The notes under the pieces are model-generated. The model was not told the origin of the DNA and made no database searches. It saw nothing but the letters and a program-made list of their open reading frames with translations. Source: a virus. From it: DNA of 64,000 nucleotides. Location: the IMG/VR virus record IMGVR_UViG_3300017975_000002. The stretch is one strand, 5' to 3'. Below are positions 32,793 through 42,286 of the stretch, in pieces (position 1 is the first letter of the stretch; each line of letters begins with the position of its first letter). The position numbers and the translations under genes were made by a program.

Positions 32793-33329
32793 ATGAGTGA
32801 CGCGCCCACTGTTAGCATCAAGTACTCCGAGTACGAACGACTCCGCACTGGTCTCGATAACGCAAGCTCGAAGATTGCGGAATTGACTAAACAGCTCGAA
32901 GACGCCCGTCTTATTGACCCTGCGGGTACCATCAAGCAATACAACATCGCTTTGTGCGCTGCTCTGAAAATTGTCCAGTTCGCAGTCGCCAACAATGATC
33001 CAGCGACGGTACGTGGCTGGCCGTTCGAGGCACTGCGCGACATCGCGCGAATGATCAAAGAGCTACCTGGGATTCCAAGGAACTTTGATGAACTGCCGTT
33101 AGTGTTCGAAGAAGTAGCTGAGCGTGCTGCAAGCTATGAAGCTACGCGTCAACAGAACCGTCGTGCAGCTGTATTTGCAACGGCCGCCGACTTTGGACCG
33201 CAGACGCCAGAAGCAGCGCTGGTCCACGGAATACGCGTGCGCGCCGATGGAAGTGACGCGCAAGCGACGCCTCCTTCAGGATCCGCGACAGTCACCGTTA
33301 CCGGTAACGATTCAAAAACCTCGGAGTGA
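32793..33329 (+). CDS. hypothetical protein
   Basis: 178-aa ORF; plus-strand transcription resumes here (TTGACT -35-like at ~32758). Confidence 0.5.
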   Translation: MSDAPTVSIKYSEYERLRTGLDNASSKIAELTKQLEDARLIDPAGTIKQYNIALCAALKIVQFAVANNDPATVRGWPFEALRDIARMIKELPGIPRNFDELPLVFEEVAERAASYEATRQQNRRAAVFATAADFGPQTPEAALVHGIRVRADGSDAQATPPSGSATVTVTGNDSKTSE

Positions 33330-33643
33330 CGTGGTATGGTTGGTTCGTGGCCACCGCGGACTGTCCCACTGCACCATCCTCAGCCTCTGTTTGTGATGTC
33401 CTAAACGGACGCCGAGGCGGCCTCCCAAAACTCGCGGGCCACTGGTTGTTGCGGTCGGCGCTCATGATGCCTGGTCTCTACATCGCAGGTATTCGCGACA
33501 AACGTCTTGTCACAGGCGCTTTAGCGGGCTCGACGTTGATTACACTGTTCTTACTGACGTTCACAGCGGTGCAACGCGGCCGGATGCAGTCCAAACAAAA
33601 GCCAGAGCTACGTATGCGCTACCGTCGACGGCTAGCTGCCTGA
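33326..33643 (+). CDS. small membrane protein
   Basis: GTGA overlap; two predicted TM segments. Confidence 0.45.
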   Translation: MTWYGWFVATADCPTAPSSASVCDVLNGRRGGLPKLAGHWLLRSALMMPGLYIAGIRDKRLVTGALAGSTLITLFLLTFTAVQRGRMQSKQKPELRMRYRRRLAA

Positions 33644-33674
33644 TGACTAAGAAGAAACAGAGGAGCTGCTAGTC

Positions 33675-33857
33675 ATGAGAGCTTCGGAAGCGATAAAGCT
33701 GCATCCACACGACGAAGTTTGGGTTCGATTATCAGGCGATTGGATTCCAGGCTACGTAGTTAGCTATCCGAGCAAGTCGAAGGATGGAGTATTCGTGGAC
33801 GTTCAGACGCATACAGAAGGTTTCCTCGCGGACATTCGTCACACCGACCTGCGTTGA
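33675..33857 (+). CDS. hypothetical protein
   Basis: RBS gaggag; 60 aa. Confidence 0.45.
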   Translation: MRASEAIKLHPHDEVWVRLSGDWIPGYVVSYPSKSKDGVFVDVQTHTEGFLADIRHTDLR

Positions 33858-34011
33858 AAATTGTGCAGTACGCGATCGGCGACGTATTTCGAGACACCGT
33901 GACGTGCTCTGTGTGCGGTTTCGCGCGTGGTGTACGTGTACCGCTGGCGTGTTGTTGCCGTGGCTGGGTGACATTCTTTCGCGACTTCCTAGCAGCACAT
34001 CAGATTGGCGA

Positions 34012-34464
34012 TCAGCCAGCTACGCGCTTGAGCAGCTCGATAAAGCGTGGGTTTGAGAGCGCTCTAGAGCCGCGTGCACGCCGGATCCGTCCTACGATCT
34101 CATCCGCGTTCATGCCGTAGGCAGCGTGGAGCGCCATACCTATGACAAGTCCAGATCGGTTCCATCCCATCCTGCAGGTAACGAGGACAGGTTGGCCCGC
34201 ACTTAGGTAGCGCGCCACCGTACGGCCTACGGACTTCGCAATTTGGGCTTCCTGCAGCGGCACTGAACGAGTTGGATCATCGTCTAGCGGCGCTCGCAGC
34301 ACAGTCAGTCCTGGAAAGTACGCTGACTCGGGCTGAAACTCCTTTGCACACAGTACGAGCGCACCTAGCCAGCGATACCGTCCTGGCTGTGGCGCGCTGC
34401 CCATGAACAAACCTGGTACGACGAGATCTGCGTCGACGAGCTTGGATAAGCGGCCAGGCATCAA
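34012..34464 (-). CDS. dual-specificity/tyrosine-type protein phosphatase (CX5R)
   Basis: 'VLVTCRMGWNRSGLVIGMALHAAY' is the cysteine-phosphatase P-loop (C-x5-R-S). Confidence 0.7.
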   Translation of the reverse strand: MMPGRLSKLVDADLVVPGLFMGSAPQPGRYRWLGALVLCAKEFQPESAYFPGLTVLRAPLDDDPTRSVPLQEAQIAKSVGRTVARYLSAGQPVLVTCRMGWNRSGLVIGMALHAAYGMNADEIVGRIRRARGSRALSNPRFIELLKRVAG

Positions 34465-34470
34465 CGGGCT

Positions 34471-35226
34471 TCACCTCGCCGCCGCGTGCGTTTTTCGCAT
34501 ACGCGCGAAATGTACTGCCTTGCCAACTGCAAGCGTTGCAAGTACCGCGATAGACGCGGTTGAAATGATTTGCAAGGCCGTCTGAAGACGCTCGACACGA
34601 ACAAGCGTCTTGAGCGCAGGATCACTGCTGTTCTTGTTGTTCGCAGCCTCGCCGAGCATGGCTAGCGCTTCCGGCCCGACGAAGACTTGTGGATCGCCTT
34701 CCCGATGGTGATCTGGAAATCCCTGAACCGGCTCTCCGTAAAACCAGCCTTGACGCACCGGCGTATACTGAAGATCGATTGCTGCTTCGGAATCGCTAGG
34801 CACATCGCCCAGCCCATAGTGGCGGTAACGAACCTTCGACAGAACGTCAAAACGACGTCCAGGAGTCGCATACGGGATCACGCGGCGTGTGGACCACCAG
34901 CCCGTATCAGGATCTGCCACGCGCATTTGCGGACCCCATGGCACCTGATGTGACACTTGGTAGTGGAAGAGCGCATCACGCGAGTCGTAGTACATGTTCG
35001 CGGCGCTCGGTGGAGGGTACTTTGGCAGAACGCGAAACGGACGATCCATCGCAGCCGTTGGCACTCTACGACGCGTGGACCACCAGCCCGTTCTGGGATC
35101 CGCAACGCGCATCTGCGGACCGCGTGGATCCAGGTGCGTCATCTGGTAGTGAAACAGCGCATTGCGTGAAGCCTCTTGTGGTCCACCCAAGCTGCGTTGC
35201 ATCTCATTCACTGCGATGCCCAGCAT
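34471..35226 (-). CDS. membrane-anchored protein with tandem ~50-aa repeats
   Basis: Two repeats of 'ALFHYQxxHxxPxGPQMRVADPxTGWWSTRR'; C-terminal TM. Confidence 0.5.
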   Translation of the reverse strand: MLGIAVNEMQRSLGGPQEASRNALFHYQMTHLDPRGPQMRVADPRTGWWSTRRRVPTAAMDRPFRVLPKYPPPSAANMYYDSRDALFHYQVSHQVPWGPQMRVADPDTGWWSTRRVIPYATPGRRFDVLSKVRYRHYGLGDVPSDSEAAIDLQYTPVRQGWFYGEPVQGFPDHHREGDPQVFVGPEALAMLGEAANNKNSSDPALKTLVRVERLQTALQIISTASIAVLATLAVGKAVHFARMRKTHAAAR

Positions 35227-36288
35227 TCACGCCTCCTGCGCTATGCGTCCCGTGCGTGAGTGGCGTCGACGAACTTCCACGTGCCGTGCAACACGCGTCC
35301 CGATGGCGATGACTGCCGCACCCACCGTAATGGTGCCCATGACGGCGGTCCAGAATCCGATGCGCTTGAGCGCCTTTTGGCTGCCACGTTCTACATCGAT
35401 CATCTGACGCAAGACTTCGGAGACGCTCGCGTCGCCAGCATCACCGAGGCTACCGCCTGCGGGTACAGCGCCGACATTGCGGAGCATCTCATCGATTCTA
35501 TCGAAGACCCGATCGCACGTCGCCAACGCGGATGTGCCAGTGTCGCTTACTATGACGAAAATCGTCGCATTATCAGGATCCCATGTCCCGGACAATCTGA
35601 CGCCGGATACGTTCGTGTTGATGGCAAATGTTCGACTTCTGCTCGGGCGAATTCCCGTGATTGGCGTAAGCGTAGCGCCTCGCGCTTGTAGCGCGCTTAC
35701 GATCGCAGAAAATACGTCGGACGTTACGCCCTGATAAAGACGGCCTTGCGGACAGCTTTCACCGCCAAGACCGCCAAATCCGACTGCACGTCCCGTCGCT
35801 TCGGTGAGCAAATCAGGACCAACATTGGTTCGCGCGATAACTGCGTAGTAATCCAAGCCTGATGCGTCGACCTGTTGCCACCACGCCAACGCATCATTTG
35901 CGACTGGGAAATAGAGAAGTGAAAGACGGCCGCCACCGCGTCGCACACCATAAGTGCCCAAGCCGCGCGGATCTGCCATCACGGCGCGGATCGCTTCGTT
36001 GCGAAAGGCGTCCGTTGCTTGACCGAGCCCTACAGCGCCAAGCTCTGCACCGATGAGCGTCGAACGGCCGTCATCGCCGATTCGTATGCCAACGGTTCCT
36101 GGTAGCCCATATGGACGTCCCGTCAACCATGCATCGGTCTCGTCGATGAGACCCAAGCCTCCCGCACGGAGATCTTGAGGTGTACCGTAAGGGTAGAAAT
36201 ACCCTGGCCGTTGATGGCCATACTGCAAGGTCGACGTCGCTGGCGCTACGCCAACACTGGGTGCGAATCGAACCGATGTGGCTTGCAT
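35227..36288 (-). CDS. Gly-rich protein with C-terminal TM anchor
   Basis: ORF 35227..36441 trimmed to an ATG (MQATSVRF...); C-terminal TM 'IGFWTAVMGTITVGAAVIAIG'. Confidence 0.5.
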   Translation of the reverse strand: MQATSVRFAPSVGVAPATSTLQYGHQRPGYFYPYGTPQDLRAGGLGLIDETDAWLTGRPYGLPGTVGIRIGDDGRSTLIGAELGAVGLGQATDAFRNEAIRAVMADPRGLGTYGVRRGGGRLSLLYFPVANDALAWWQQVDASGLDYYAVIARTNVGPDLLTEATGRAVGFGGLGGESCPQGRLYQGVTSDVFSAIVSALQARGATLTPITGIRPSRSRTFAINTNVSGVRLSGTWDPDNATIFVIVSDTGTSALATCDRVFDRIDEMLRNVGAVPAGGSLGDAGDASVSEVLRQMIDVERGSQKALKRIGFWTAVMGTITVGAAVIAIGTRVARHVEVRRRHSRTGRIAQEA

Positions 36289-36344
36289 CGATTCGACCTT
36301 ACCACGGTTTGAAGTACTGATCGCATGCGCGATCAGTACTTGGC

Positions 36345-37877
36345 TTAGTACGCGCGAGCGTACCGGCGACGCCGCACGAACAGATAGCCGGTCGTACCTA
36401 CGAGAGCTACGCCACCAACTGTCGCAGCCCAGAACTGCCACTTCTTGTAGAGCGGCTTCTTGTCTGCTTCATCACCGAGGTCCCACGTACCAAGCACTGG
36501 AGTCGGCGACTCGCCAACTTTTGTCATACCCGTCGGCGCAGCTGGCGTAACACTATCGCCGAGACCACCTGGCGTACCGCCAGGACAGTACACGGACCAC
36601 ATGTTGCGCGTCGTATTGAAGCGCGTGGTGCATTCACCTAGGCCGCCAGGTGGTCCGCCACCAGCCGGCGCAGCTCCGGGCTGCGGTATGCACTGACCCG
36701 ACGTTGGATCCTGTACGCACGGTGGGCACTGATCAGGATCGCACGGCACGCACTGGTTTGACGATGGATCAAGGATGCACGGCAGGCACTGCCCAGTCGT
36801 CGGATCGATCGTGCACGGCACGCACTGGCCCGTCGTCGGATCGGGCGGTGGACATGGACTTTGTGGTCCGCCTCCGCCTCCGCCACCGCCTCCGTTTCCA
36901 GGCCCTGGCCCGAAAGATGGACCGCCTGGCCAATAGCCTCTCGGAGATGGAGGACCAGGTGGAACGCCATGTTTGGGGGCATAGACGCTATGGCGTGCAC
37001 CTGCGCGTGCGAATGCGTGGCGCGGACCGCCGTGCGCGAATCGATGTTCAAATCCGTGATGCGGTCCGATGCCGAGCCCTCCGGTTGTGAGAGCTGGATT
37101 GATGAACTGACTAGGAGTGGCTCCAGCAGCAATGGCCGGGTTGACGAACTGGCTTTGCTGCATCTGTTGCCGCTGCCACCGCGCGCGACGCCACGCATCC
37201 CACTGCTGGTATCGCTGTGGGTTTGCCATACGCCATGCTTCCCATTGTTGCGGGTTCGCTTGGCGCCACGCATCCCACTGTTGGTACATACCTTCGTAAG
37301 GGGTTGGCGCAACAGCTGGAACGACAGCCGCAGGCGCAGCGGCTGGAACGACTGCCGCAGCAGCCGGTACGACTGCCGCAGGAGCAGGAGCCGCTGCTAC
37401 AGGCACGATTGTGAGACCTGCAGGTGCCACAGCACGTACGGCCGCACGCGCTGCAGGAACCAAATGACGTACGTCTCGTACAACTCCTGCAGCCTGTTTG
37501 GCTATGCCTTCTGCTTGTGGAAGGAGTTGAGCGGCCGTCGAGATGATTCCTGCGCCAGGGATCGGCAACAGCGAGGCAATTGGCGCGGCTTCCTTCGCAA
37601 CTTTCTCGGCTTCATGAACTAGGCCTGCCGCACCCCTTTCTAGCTTTTTCCAGAAAGAGATACCGAGACCCGCCGGTGCTTGTCTCGCAGTGACTTCGTA
37701 ACGAGGCATTGCATGAGGATGCGGGTGAGCGTGCGGATGCTTCTCGTGTGGCTTGAAGTGCTCGTAAGCGACGTACGCTGCCCCAGCCGGACCCAGTGCA
37801 AGAGGCGCTACCTTTTCAACGTCCTTGATCAGGCTTGAAAAAGAAAAGCCGAGACCGTTGTATTGAGCGTAGAGCAT
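36345..37877 (-). CDS. Pro/Ala/Gly-rich membrane-anchored protein with Cys repeats
   Basis: - A Gly9 run.
- Five or more 'DPTTGQCVPC'-type repeats.
- HPHAHPHPH and QQWEAWR repeats.
- C-terminal 'DKKPLYKKWQFWA'-TM-RRRR, shared with 46784..47674. Confidence 0.55.
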   Translation of the reverse strand: MLYAQYNGLGFSFSSLIKDVEKVAPLALGPAGAAYVAYEHFKPHEKHPHAHPHPHAMPRYEVTARQAPAGLGISFWKKLERGAAGLVHEAEKVAKEAAPIASLLPIPGAGIISTAAQLLPQAEGIAKQAAGVVRDVRHLVPAARAAVRAVAPAGLTIVPVAAAPAPAAVVPAAAAVVPAAAPAAVVPAVAPTPYEGMYQQWDAWRQANPQQWEAWRMANPQRYQQWDAWRRARWQRQQMQQSQFVNPAIAAGATPSQFINPALTTGGLGIGPHHGFEHRFAHGGPRHAFARAGARHSVYAPKHGVPPGPPSPRGYWPGGPSFGPGPGNGGGGGGGGGPQSPCPPPDPTTGQCVPCTIDPTTGQCLPCILDPSSNQCVPCDPDQCPPCVQDPTSGQCIPQPGAAPAGGGPPGGLGECTTRFNTTRNMWSVYCPGGTPGGLGDSVTPAAPTGMTKVGESPTPVLGTWDLGDEADKKPLYKKWQFWAATVGGVALVGTTGYLFVRRRRYARAY

Positions 37878-37978
37878 GTAAAAGCGCCTTTCCTGGCGGA
37901 TGATCGCGCGCGCGATCGATGATGGAAACGCTACCTGGTCGTACCTGTGTTTGTCAAATCTTCTGAGGCCATGATAGC

Positions 37979-38746
37979 TTGACCAGCATGAGTCGATCGT
38001 CGATTTCTACCCATTCCAGGTTCTCGCGCGGGCAGAAGGCAGCGATTGCAACGATGGTGATCAGTGGTTTTGCGCTGGTAGCGGGCGCGATTGTCTACGC
38101 TCGATCGCGCCGACGTGAACGGACTGCCCTAGGTGACGTTCAAGCGCGTATCAAGCACGGCAACATGACACTCACACACCACTACGATGCGGAAATGCCG
38201 ATCCAGAAGCGCGTGGGTATTCTGCAAGACTTAGTATGGAACGGTGTGCGTCAACCGCAAATGCGTGAGCTAGCACTTGCGATCACTGGTCAGGGCGATC
38301 GAAATGTGACAGTTGGAAAACGCAAATTCCGTGTGCGCGGTGCGAACTGTCCTCCACGTGACGGGCTTTGCGAAGCCGAAGCAGTCTACAACTGGGTGCG
38401 CAACAACGTTCGCTACACCGGCGATGTCGCGCCCGTGAAGATGCCCAACGGCGCCGTAGAGGGCATCGACCTATTTCAGTCGCCACTTCGCACTGTCGAA
38501 TTCGGCGGCGAGGATTGCGACGGGCATTCTGTACTCAATGCAACGCTGCTGTCCCTAAACGGCGTCCCTGCAAAGTTCCGAATCACGGCGCCTGGCAAGA
38601 CTGCTGACTGGCAGCATATCTACACGCTGGCAGGTCTCGCGAAAACGCGTCCAAGCAAGTGGATAGCACTCGACACGACGCTTCCTGGCCAAGACATGTT
38701 CGGTAAAGAGGCTCCGTACGGAAAGCACGTCGATTTCGTGGCGTGA
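37979..38746 (+). CDS. transglutaminase-like cysteine protease-fold protein with N-terminal TM
   Basis: 'GGEDCDGHSVLNATLLSLNGVPAKFRI' resembles the transglutaminase-core Cys motif; N-terminal TM helix. Confidence 0.5.
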   Translation: MTSMSRSSISTHSRFSRGQKAAIATMVISGFALVAGAIVYARSRRRERTALGDVQARIKHGNMTLTHHYDAEMPIQKRVGILQDLVWNGVRQPQMRELALAITGQGDRNVTVGKRKFRVRGANCPPRDGLCEAEAVYNWVRNNVRYTGDVAPVKMPNGAVEGIDLFQSPLRTVEFGGEDCDGHSVLNATLLSLNGVPAKFRITAPGKTADWQHIYTLAGLAKTRPSKWIALDTTLPGQDMFGKEAPYGKHVDFVA

Positions 38747-38763
38747 ACACGAGAAGAGGGATC

Positions 38764-39081
38764 ATGCCGAAGAAGCAATCGTGTCAGCTCCTCGTTCACT
38801 CGCTGCGCGCCGATCAGCGAACCTTTCCAGTGAGCCAATCCGGTTGGCACGACGCGCTCTCGCATGCGAGCGAGATAGCCAGGCAAAATCCGAGCAACTT
38901 GTGGATCTCTCGTGTCGATCTTCGTTGCGGCAAAGGCCAGGTCGCAATGTACAAGTGCCGTCGTGAGTTGACCCATCGTCCCGTTGAAGGCATCCCACCT
39001 CTCGTTCACTGCGAACTAGAAGTCACGCGCGGTTCAGAGCGAGCGATCGCTGGACGTCGTAGGCGTCGCGCGCGTAAATAA
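38764..39081 (+). CDS. hypothetical protein
   Basis: ATG with RBS agaggga (trim of ORF 38743). Confidence 0.4.
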   Translation: MPKKQSCQLLVHSLRADQRTFPVSQSGWHDALSHASEIARQNPSNLWISRVDLRCGKGQVAMYKCRRELTHRPVEGIPPLVHCELEVTRGSERAIAGRRRRRARK

Positions 39082-39085
39082 ACGC

Positions 39086-39607
39086 ATGGCGAAGGCAAGA
39101 CACTGGCTGGGTTCAGCTAAGGACGATTACGACTGGGAGTCCTTCATCAAGGGCGCTGCCTTCGCTTTCTGGGCAAGTCCGTACATGTCCGAAGTCGAAA
39201 ATCTCTACGAGGACGCCAGAGAAGCAGAGCGTGCAGGCAAATTCCGCAAGGCTGAAGCGCTCAAGGAAGCCCACGACGCACTGTCGCCAGGACCTGGTGG
39301 CGCCTGGGAAAGTGTCCTGCCTGATACGCCACCGTCGGCTATAGCCGTCGCAAAGAAGTTCACCAAGGCCGTTCGCGAGACATTAACCGAAGACCAACTC
39401 GACGAAGTCTTCTCCAATTTCTCCTCTAGAGATGCTGGTTACTATGGTGCGATGCAGTCACAGGGCGAAGGCGTTGGCTGGTTCGATGAGGGTGTCCATG
39501 TTGATCCGCCACGCGGATTTGAGTGGGACACCGCTATCCATAACGACATCTACAAGGCAATCAAACGGGAGGCGCACGAGGCTGGCGTCAGGTTGCCGCG
39601 TCGGTGA
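39086..39607 (+). CDS. hypothetical protein
   Basis: 173-aa ORF. Confidence 0.5.
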   Translation: MAKARHWLGSAKDDYDWESFIKGAAFAFWASPYMSEVENLYEDAREAERAGKFRKAEALKEAHDALSPGPGGAWESVLPDTPPSAIAVAKKFTKAVRETLTEDQLDEVFSNFSSRDAGYYGAMQSQGEGVGWFDEGVHVDPPRGFEWDTAIHNDIYKAIKREAHEAGVRLPRR

Positions 39608-39610
39608 CAG

Positions 39611-39943
39611 ATGATCACGCGACGTGCGGATAAGAATGGCTACTTGGTCTATCGAAATTCGAAGACCGACAAAGTCGCGCGTGCATGGCTAGAGGATTTG
39701 GCCGACATCGCGGACATCTGCCACACCTGGCAGAGTCGCCAAGGTGGTCCGTGTGACCGTCTAGCAGCCGGCGACTACGCGTACAAAAATCTCCAATGCG
39801 CGCTCGAAGAACTGGTCGATGTAAAAGATCTCGTCGACGCAGGTGAGATTGATGCTGACGTAGACGGTGACGACTACATTGATCTCGCTACTGCAATCGA
39901 AGATCTCACAGGCATCCTTCGACGCATTGACAAGATCGCATGA
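39611..39943 (+). CDS. hypothetical acidic protein
   Basis: 110-aa ORF. Confidence 0.5.
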   Translation: MITRRADKNGYLVYRNSKTDKVARAWLEDLADIADICHTWQSRQGGPCDRLAAGDYAYKNLQCALEELVDVKDLVDAGEIDADVDGDDYIDLATAIEDLTGILRRIDKIA

Positions 39944-40362
39944 CGATACGCGCAGACCTAACAGTGCCGGAGATTGTCGAGTTGCTGGCGCATCTCGACT
40001 ATCAAGAACGCAAACAGGTCATTTTCGACTTGCTAGCTGCGGGCGTCGATCCTCAAAAGATCATCACTGTCGTGCGCGACCTGTCGAGGCAGCACGACTT
40101 ACGCGTTCAACGCAATCTGCGTGTGATTTGGTGGACCTTTGCTGTCGCAATGGGCAGCCTAAGCGCATTTCACGGCTACCGTCGAAATAGAAATGTGGGC
40201 TGGAGCCTCGCTTGGTTTGCGGCAGGGACGATTTTGCCGTTCCCTACTATCGTCATCGCGCTCGCTCAGGGTTACGCACAACCCAAGCGATTGAAGAACG
40301 ATCAACGACGGCGGCGACGAAGCCCGCTCACGGCAGGTCGAAGCTTCGCTGCGCGTGGCTGA
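39940..40362 (+). CDS. membrane protein
   Basis: ATGA overlap; two TM segments; poly-Arg tail. Confidence 0.45.
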   Translation: MTIRADLTVPEIVELLAHLDYQERKQVIFDLLAAGVDPQKIITVVRDLSRQHDLRVQRNLRVIWWTFAVAMGSLSAFHGYRRNRNVGWSLAWFAAGTILPFPTIVIALAQGYAQPKRLKNDQRRRRRSPLTAGRSFAARG

Positions 40363-40622
40363 TGTGGCTTTCGCGCGTAGCGCACTCCGGCGCCGATCAG
40401 AAATACCGTCGCCGTAATAAATGCCGTCGTGATGATCGCGGGCGGTAGCGCGCGTGCGAGGAACTCACCCGATGGCGGCAGCTTCACATCGACGTGCAAC
40501 GTAAAGCCGGTTTTGGCGAGTTCCTGCATTGCTGCAGCGGCTGTGCTGACAGCTCCGGCAGCAGCCATAACCATTTCAGGCGTGAAGCCTTGTGGCAGCG
40601 AAATCTGGCCGAGTTGAATCAT
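40302..40622 (-). CDS. small membrane protein
   Basis: ATGA overlap with the upstream HTH gene; C-terminal TM plus RRRRR. Confidence 0.3.
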   Translation of the reverse strand: MIQLGQISLPQGFTPEMVMAAAGAVSTAAAAMQELAKTGFTLHVDVKLPPSGEFLARALPPAIITTAFITATVFLIGAGVRYARKPHQPRAAKLRPAVSGLRRRRR

Positions 40623-40780
40623 GGTTTTGGTTTCCGGCGAAAACGAAAGTACTGCACGACTTCGCCAGGTAAAAACCGAATGCGATTACCGACACGCATA
40701 TGTGGCAGATCATTTAGCCGCCGCCGAATTGTGGCTGGACTGATTTGCAAGTAGTCCGCAAGCTGCTTTGGCGTCATTGG
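40619..40780 (-). CDS. MerR/excisionase-like HTH DNA-binding protein
   Basis: ORF 40619..40894 trimmed to 'MTPKQLADYLQISPATIRRRLNDLPHMRVGNRIRF', an HTH_17/Xis-like motif. Confidence 0.5.
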   Translation of the reverse strand, partial: PMTPKQLADYLQISPATIRRRLNDLPHMRVGNRIRFLPGEVVQYFRFRRKPKP

Positions 40781-40894
40781 CTTTTCATTAGGACGTGGCA
40801 CATAAGGTGCGTCTGGCGCGTCCGGTGTTGTCGAATCAGGAGGTACAAACGACGGTGTCGTATCTCCTAGAGGTGCGCGTCTCCTTCTTGCCAC

Positions 40895-41066
40895 GGTCTG
40901 AACCTAACTGATGTTGGCTGAGCGATCAAATCATCACTGCGCCTATCAGTGTACGTCTTTTGATCCTCCCTGATCATCCCAGTATACGTTCTGATCACTA
41001 CGTAACGATCGAAAATTACTGACTATTCGTATTGATCGCTCCTGCGATCGGCGGTAGGGTCTTTAC
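40895..41066. promoter_or_regulatory. AT-richer divergent control region with repeated TGATC/GATCA motifs
   Basis: Lies between the minus-strand HTH gene and the plus-strand structural block; contains six or more TGATC/GATCA cores. Confidence 0.3.
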
Positions 41067-42044
41067 ATGTCCGCGCCGTGGACGCAGGAACAGCATGAAT
41101 GGATGCACTTGCGTCCAGACGCTGTAATCAGGACGGGAGTTATTCAACCGTTCTGGACACGTGTGCTGAGTCCCGTCGAGATCGCGCGGCACACGATTGA
41201 TCCGTTCATCGCAAGTGTACGTGGACCTGGGCCCGCAGTCGCGCCTACACCTGATCCACAAACTATCGCGCAAGCTGCTTCGCGAGTCGCTGATCAGTTC
41301 CGTAAGGGTGAATCAGCGATTGTGCAAATCGATGATGCGAAGGTGCGTGTTCACCCTGACCAAGCGCCAGGAAACGGAATCATCGGTGCGGTTGTAAAAG
41401 CAGCACAGGCTGTCGCAAACGGGCTTCCCGTTACGATCAAGCACGGACCGCAACAGTCGTTCCTAGCGTCGCCACATGAGGAGTCAAACATGTACGGATT
41501 CGGTCGTATTGGCGGTGGCCGCAGTGCTGGTAGACACGGATTCGGACAACCTGCGGCTGCGCCAGTAGCGCCAGCTGCAGCAGCCGGACCTCCAACAGCA
41601 CCGGTGACGGTTGCTGTCCGTCCAACACCCTTCGCACATCGGGACCGGCGGTTCTTCGGACCGCGTGTTCAGATCCCGAATATCCCAGCGGTGCCCAACG
41701 AACCAGCACCTTGGAATGCGGCAGGCGCGGATCGCGGGTTCTTTCACTACTACGGCGTGATGACGCGAGACGCGCCGTATCGCGCAGTAGCGCGACAATC
41801 TGTTGCGCCATTTCAGCGTACGGTCGCTGTCCGCCAAACGCCCTTCGCACATCGCGACCGTCGGTTCTTCGGCCCGTACATTCAGATTCCGAATGTCCCG
41901 CAGGTGCCGAATGAACCAGCGCCTTGGAGCGAAGACGCGAGTCGCGGATTTTCCCACTACTACCAGACCATGACGCGGGACGCGCCGTATCGCGCTGTCG
42001 CACGTCAGTCCGTCGCACCGTTCAACCGCACTAGGTATTGGTGA
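41067..42044 (+). CDS. repeat-containing hypothetical protein
   Basis: Two near-identical ~65-aa repeats (VAVRPTPFAHRDRRFFGP...RDAPYRAVARQSVAPF). Confidence 0.55.
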   Translation: MSAPWTQEQHEWMHLRPDAVIRTGVIQPFWTRVLSPVEIARHTIDPFIASVRGPGPAVAPTPDPQTIAQAASRVADQFRKGESAIVQIDDAKVRVHPDQAPGNGIIGAVVKAAQAVANGLPVTIKHGPQQSFLASPHEESNMYGFGRIGGGRSAGRHGFGQPAAAPVAPAAAAGPPTAPVTVAVRPTPFAHRDRRFFGPRVQIPNIPAVPNEPAPWNAAGADRGFFHYYGVMTRDAPYRAVARQSVAPFQRTVAVRQTPFAHRDRRFFGPYIQIPNVPQVPNEPAPWSEDASRGFSHYYQTMTRDAPYRAVARQSVAPFNRTRYW

Positions 42045-42286
42045 TCAACATGCCCAGCGTATTCACAATCGAAGGTGTCTCTCGCGCTCGCCGTGGCCGT
42101 CGTGGTCGTCGGCGCAAGTCTCACGGCCTAGGACGGGTCGGCCAGTGCAAGACCTTCAAGAATCCTCGTACAGGAAAGACGCAGCAGACTTGCTACGTCG
42201 GAGTCGGTCCACACAGCCCAACGGGCTGGCGCATTCAGAAATCGACGTCCTCTCGGCGTCGCTGAGCCTCTAAGGAGAAACACAAG

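Noticed and set aside
33854-34120. 88-aa plus-strand ORF (MKIVQYAIGDVF...)
   Set aside because: Its 3' 108 nt overlap the well-supported convergent phosphatase gene (34012..34464). It may be a shorter real gene or spurious, so I did not list it.
36650-37622. Plus-strand ORFs (146 and 253 aa) antisense to the Pro/Gly-rich gene 36345..37877
   Set aside because: Their frames read Arg/Cys/Trp-rich text generated by the GC-rich repeat sequence on the other strand; the minus-strand gene has a coherent TM anchor and repeats.
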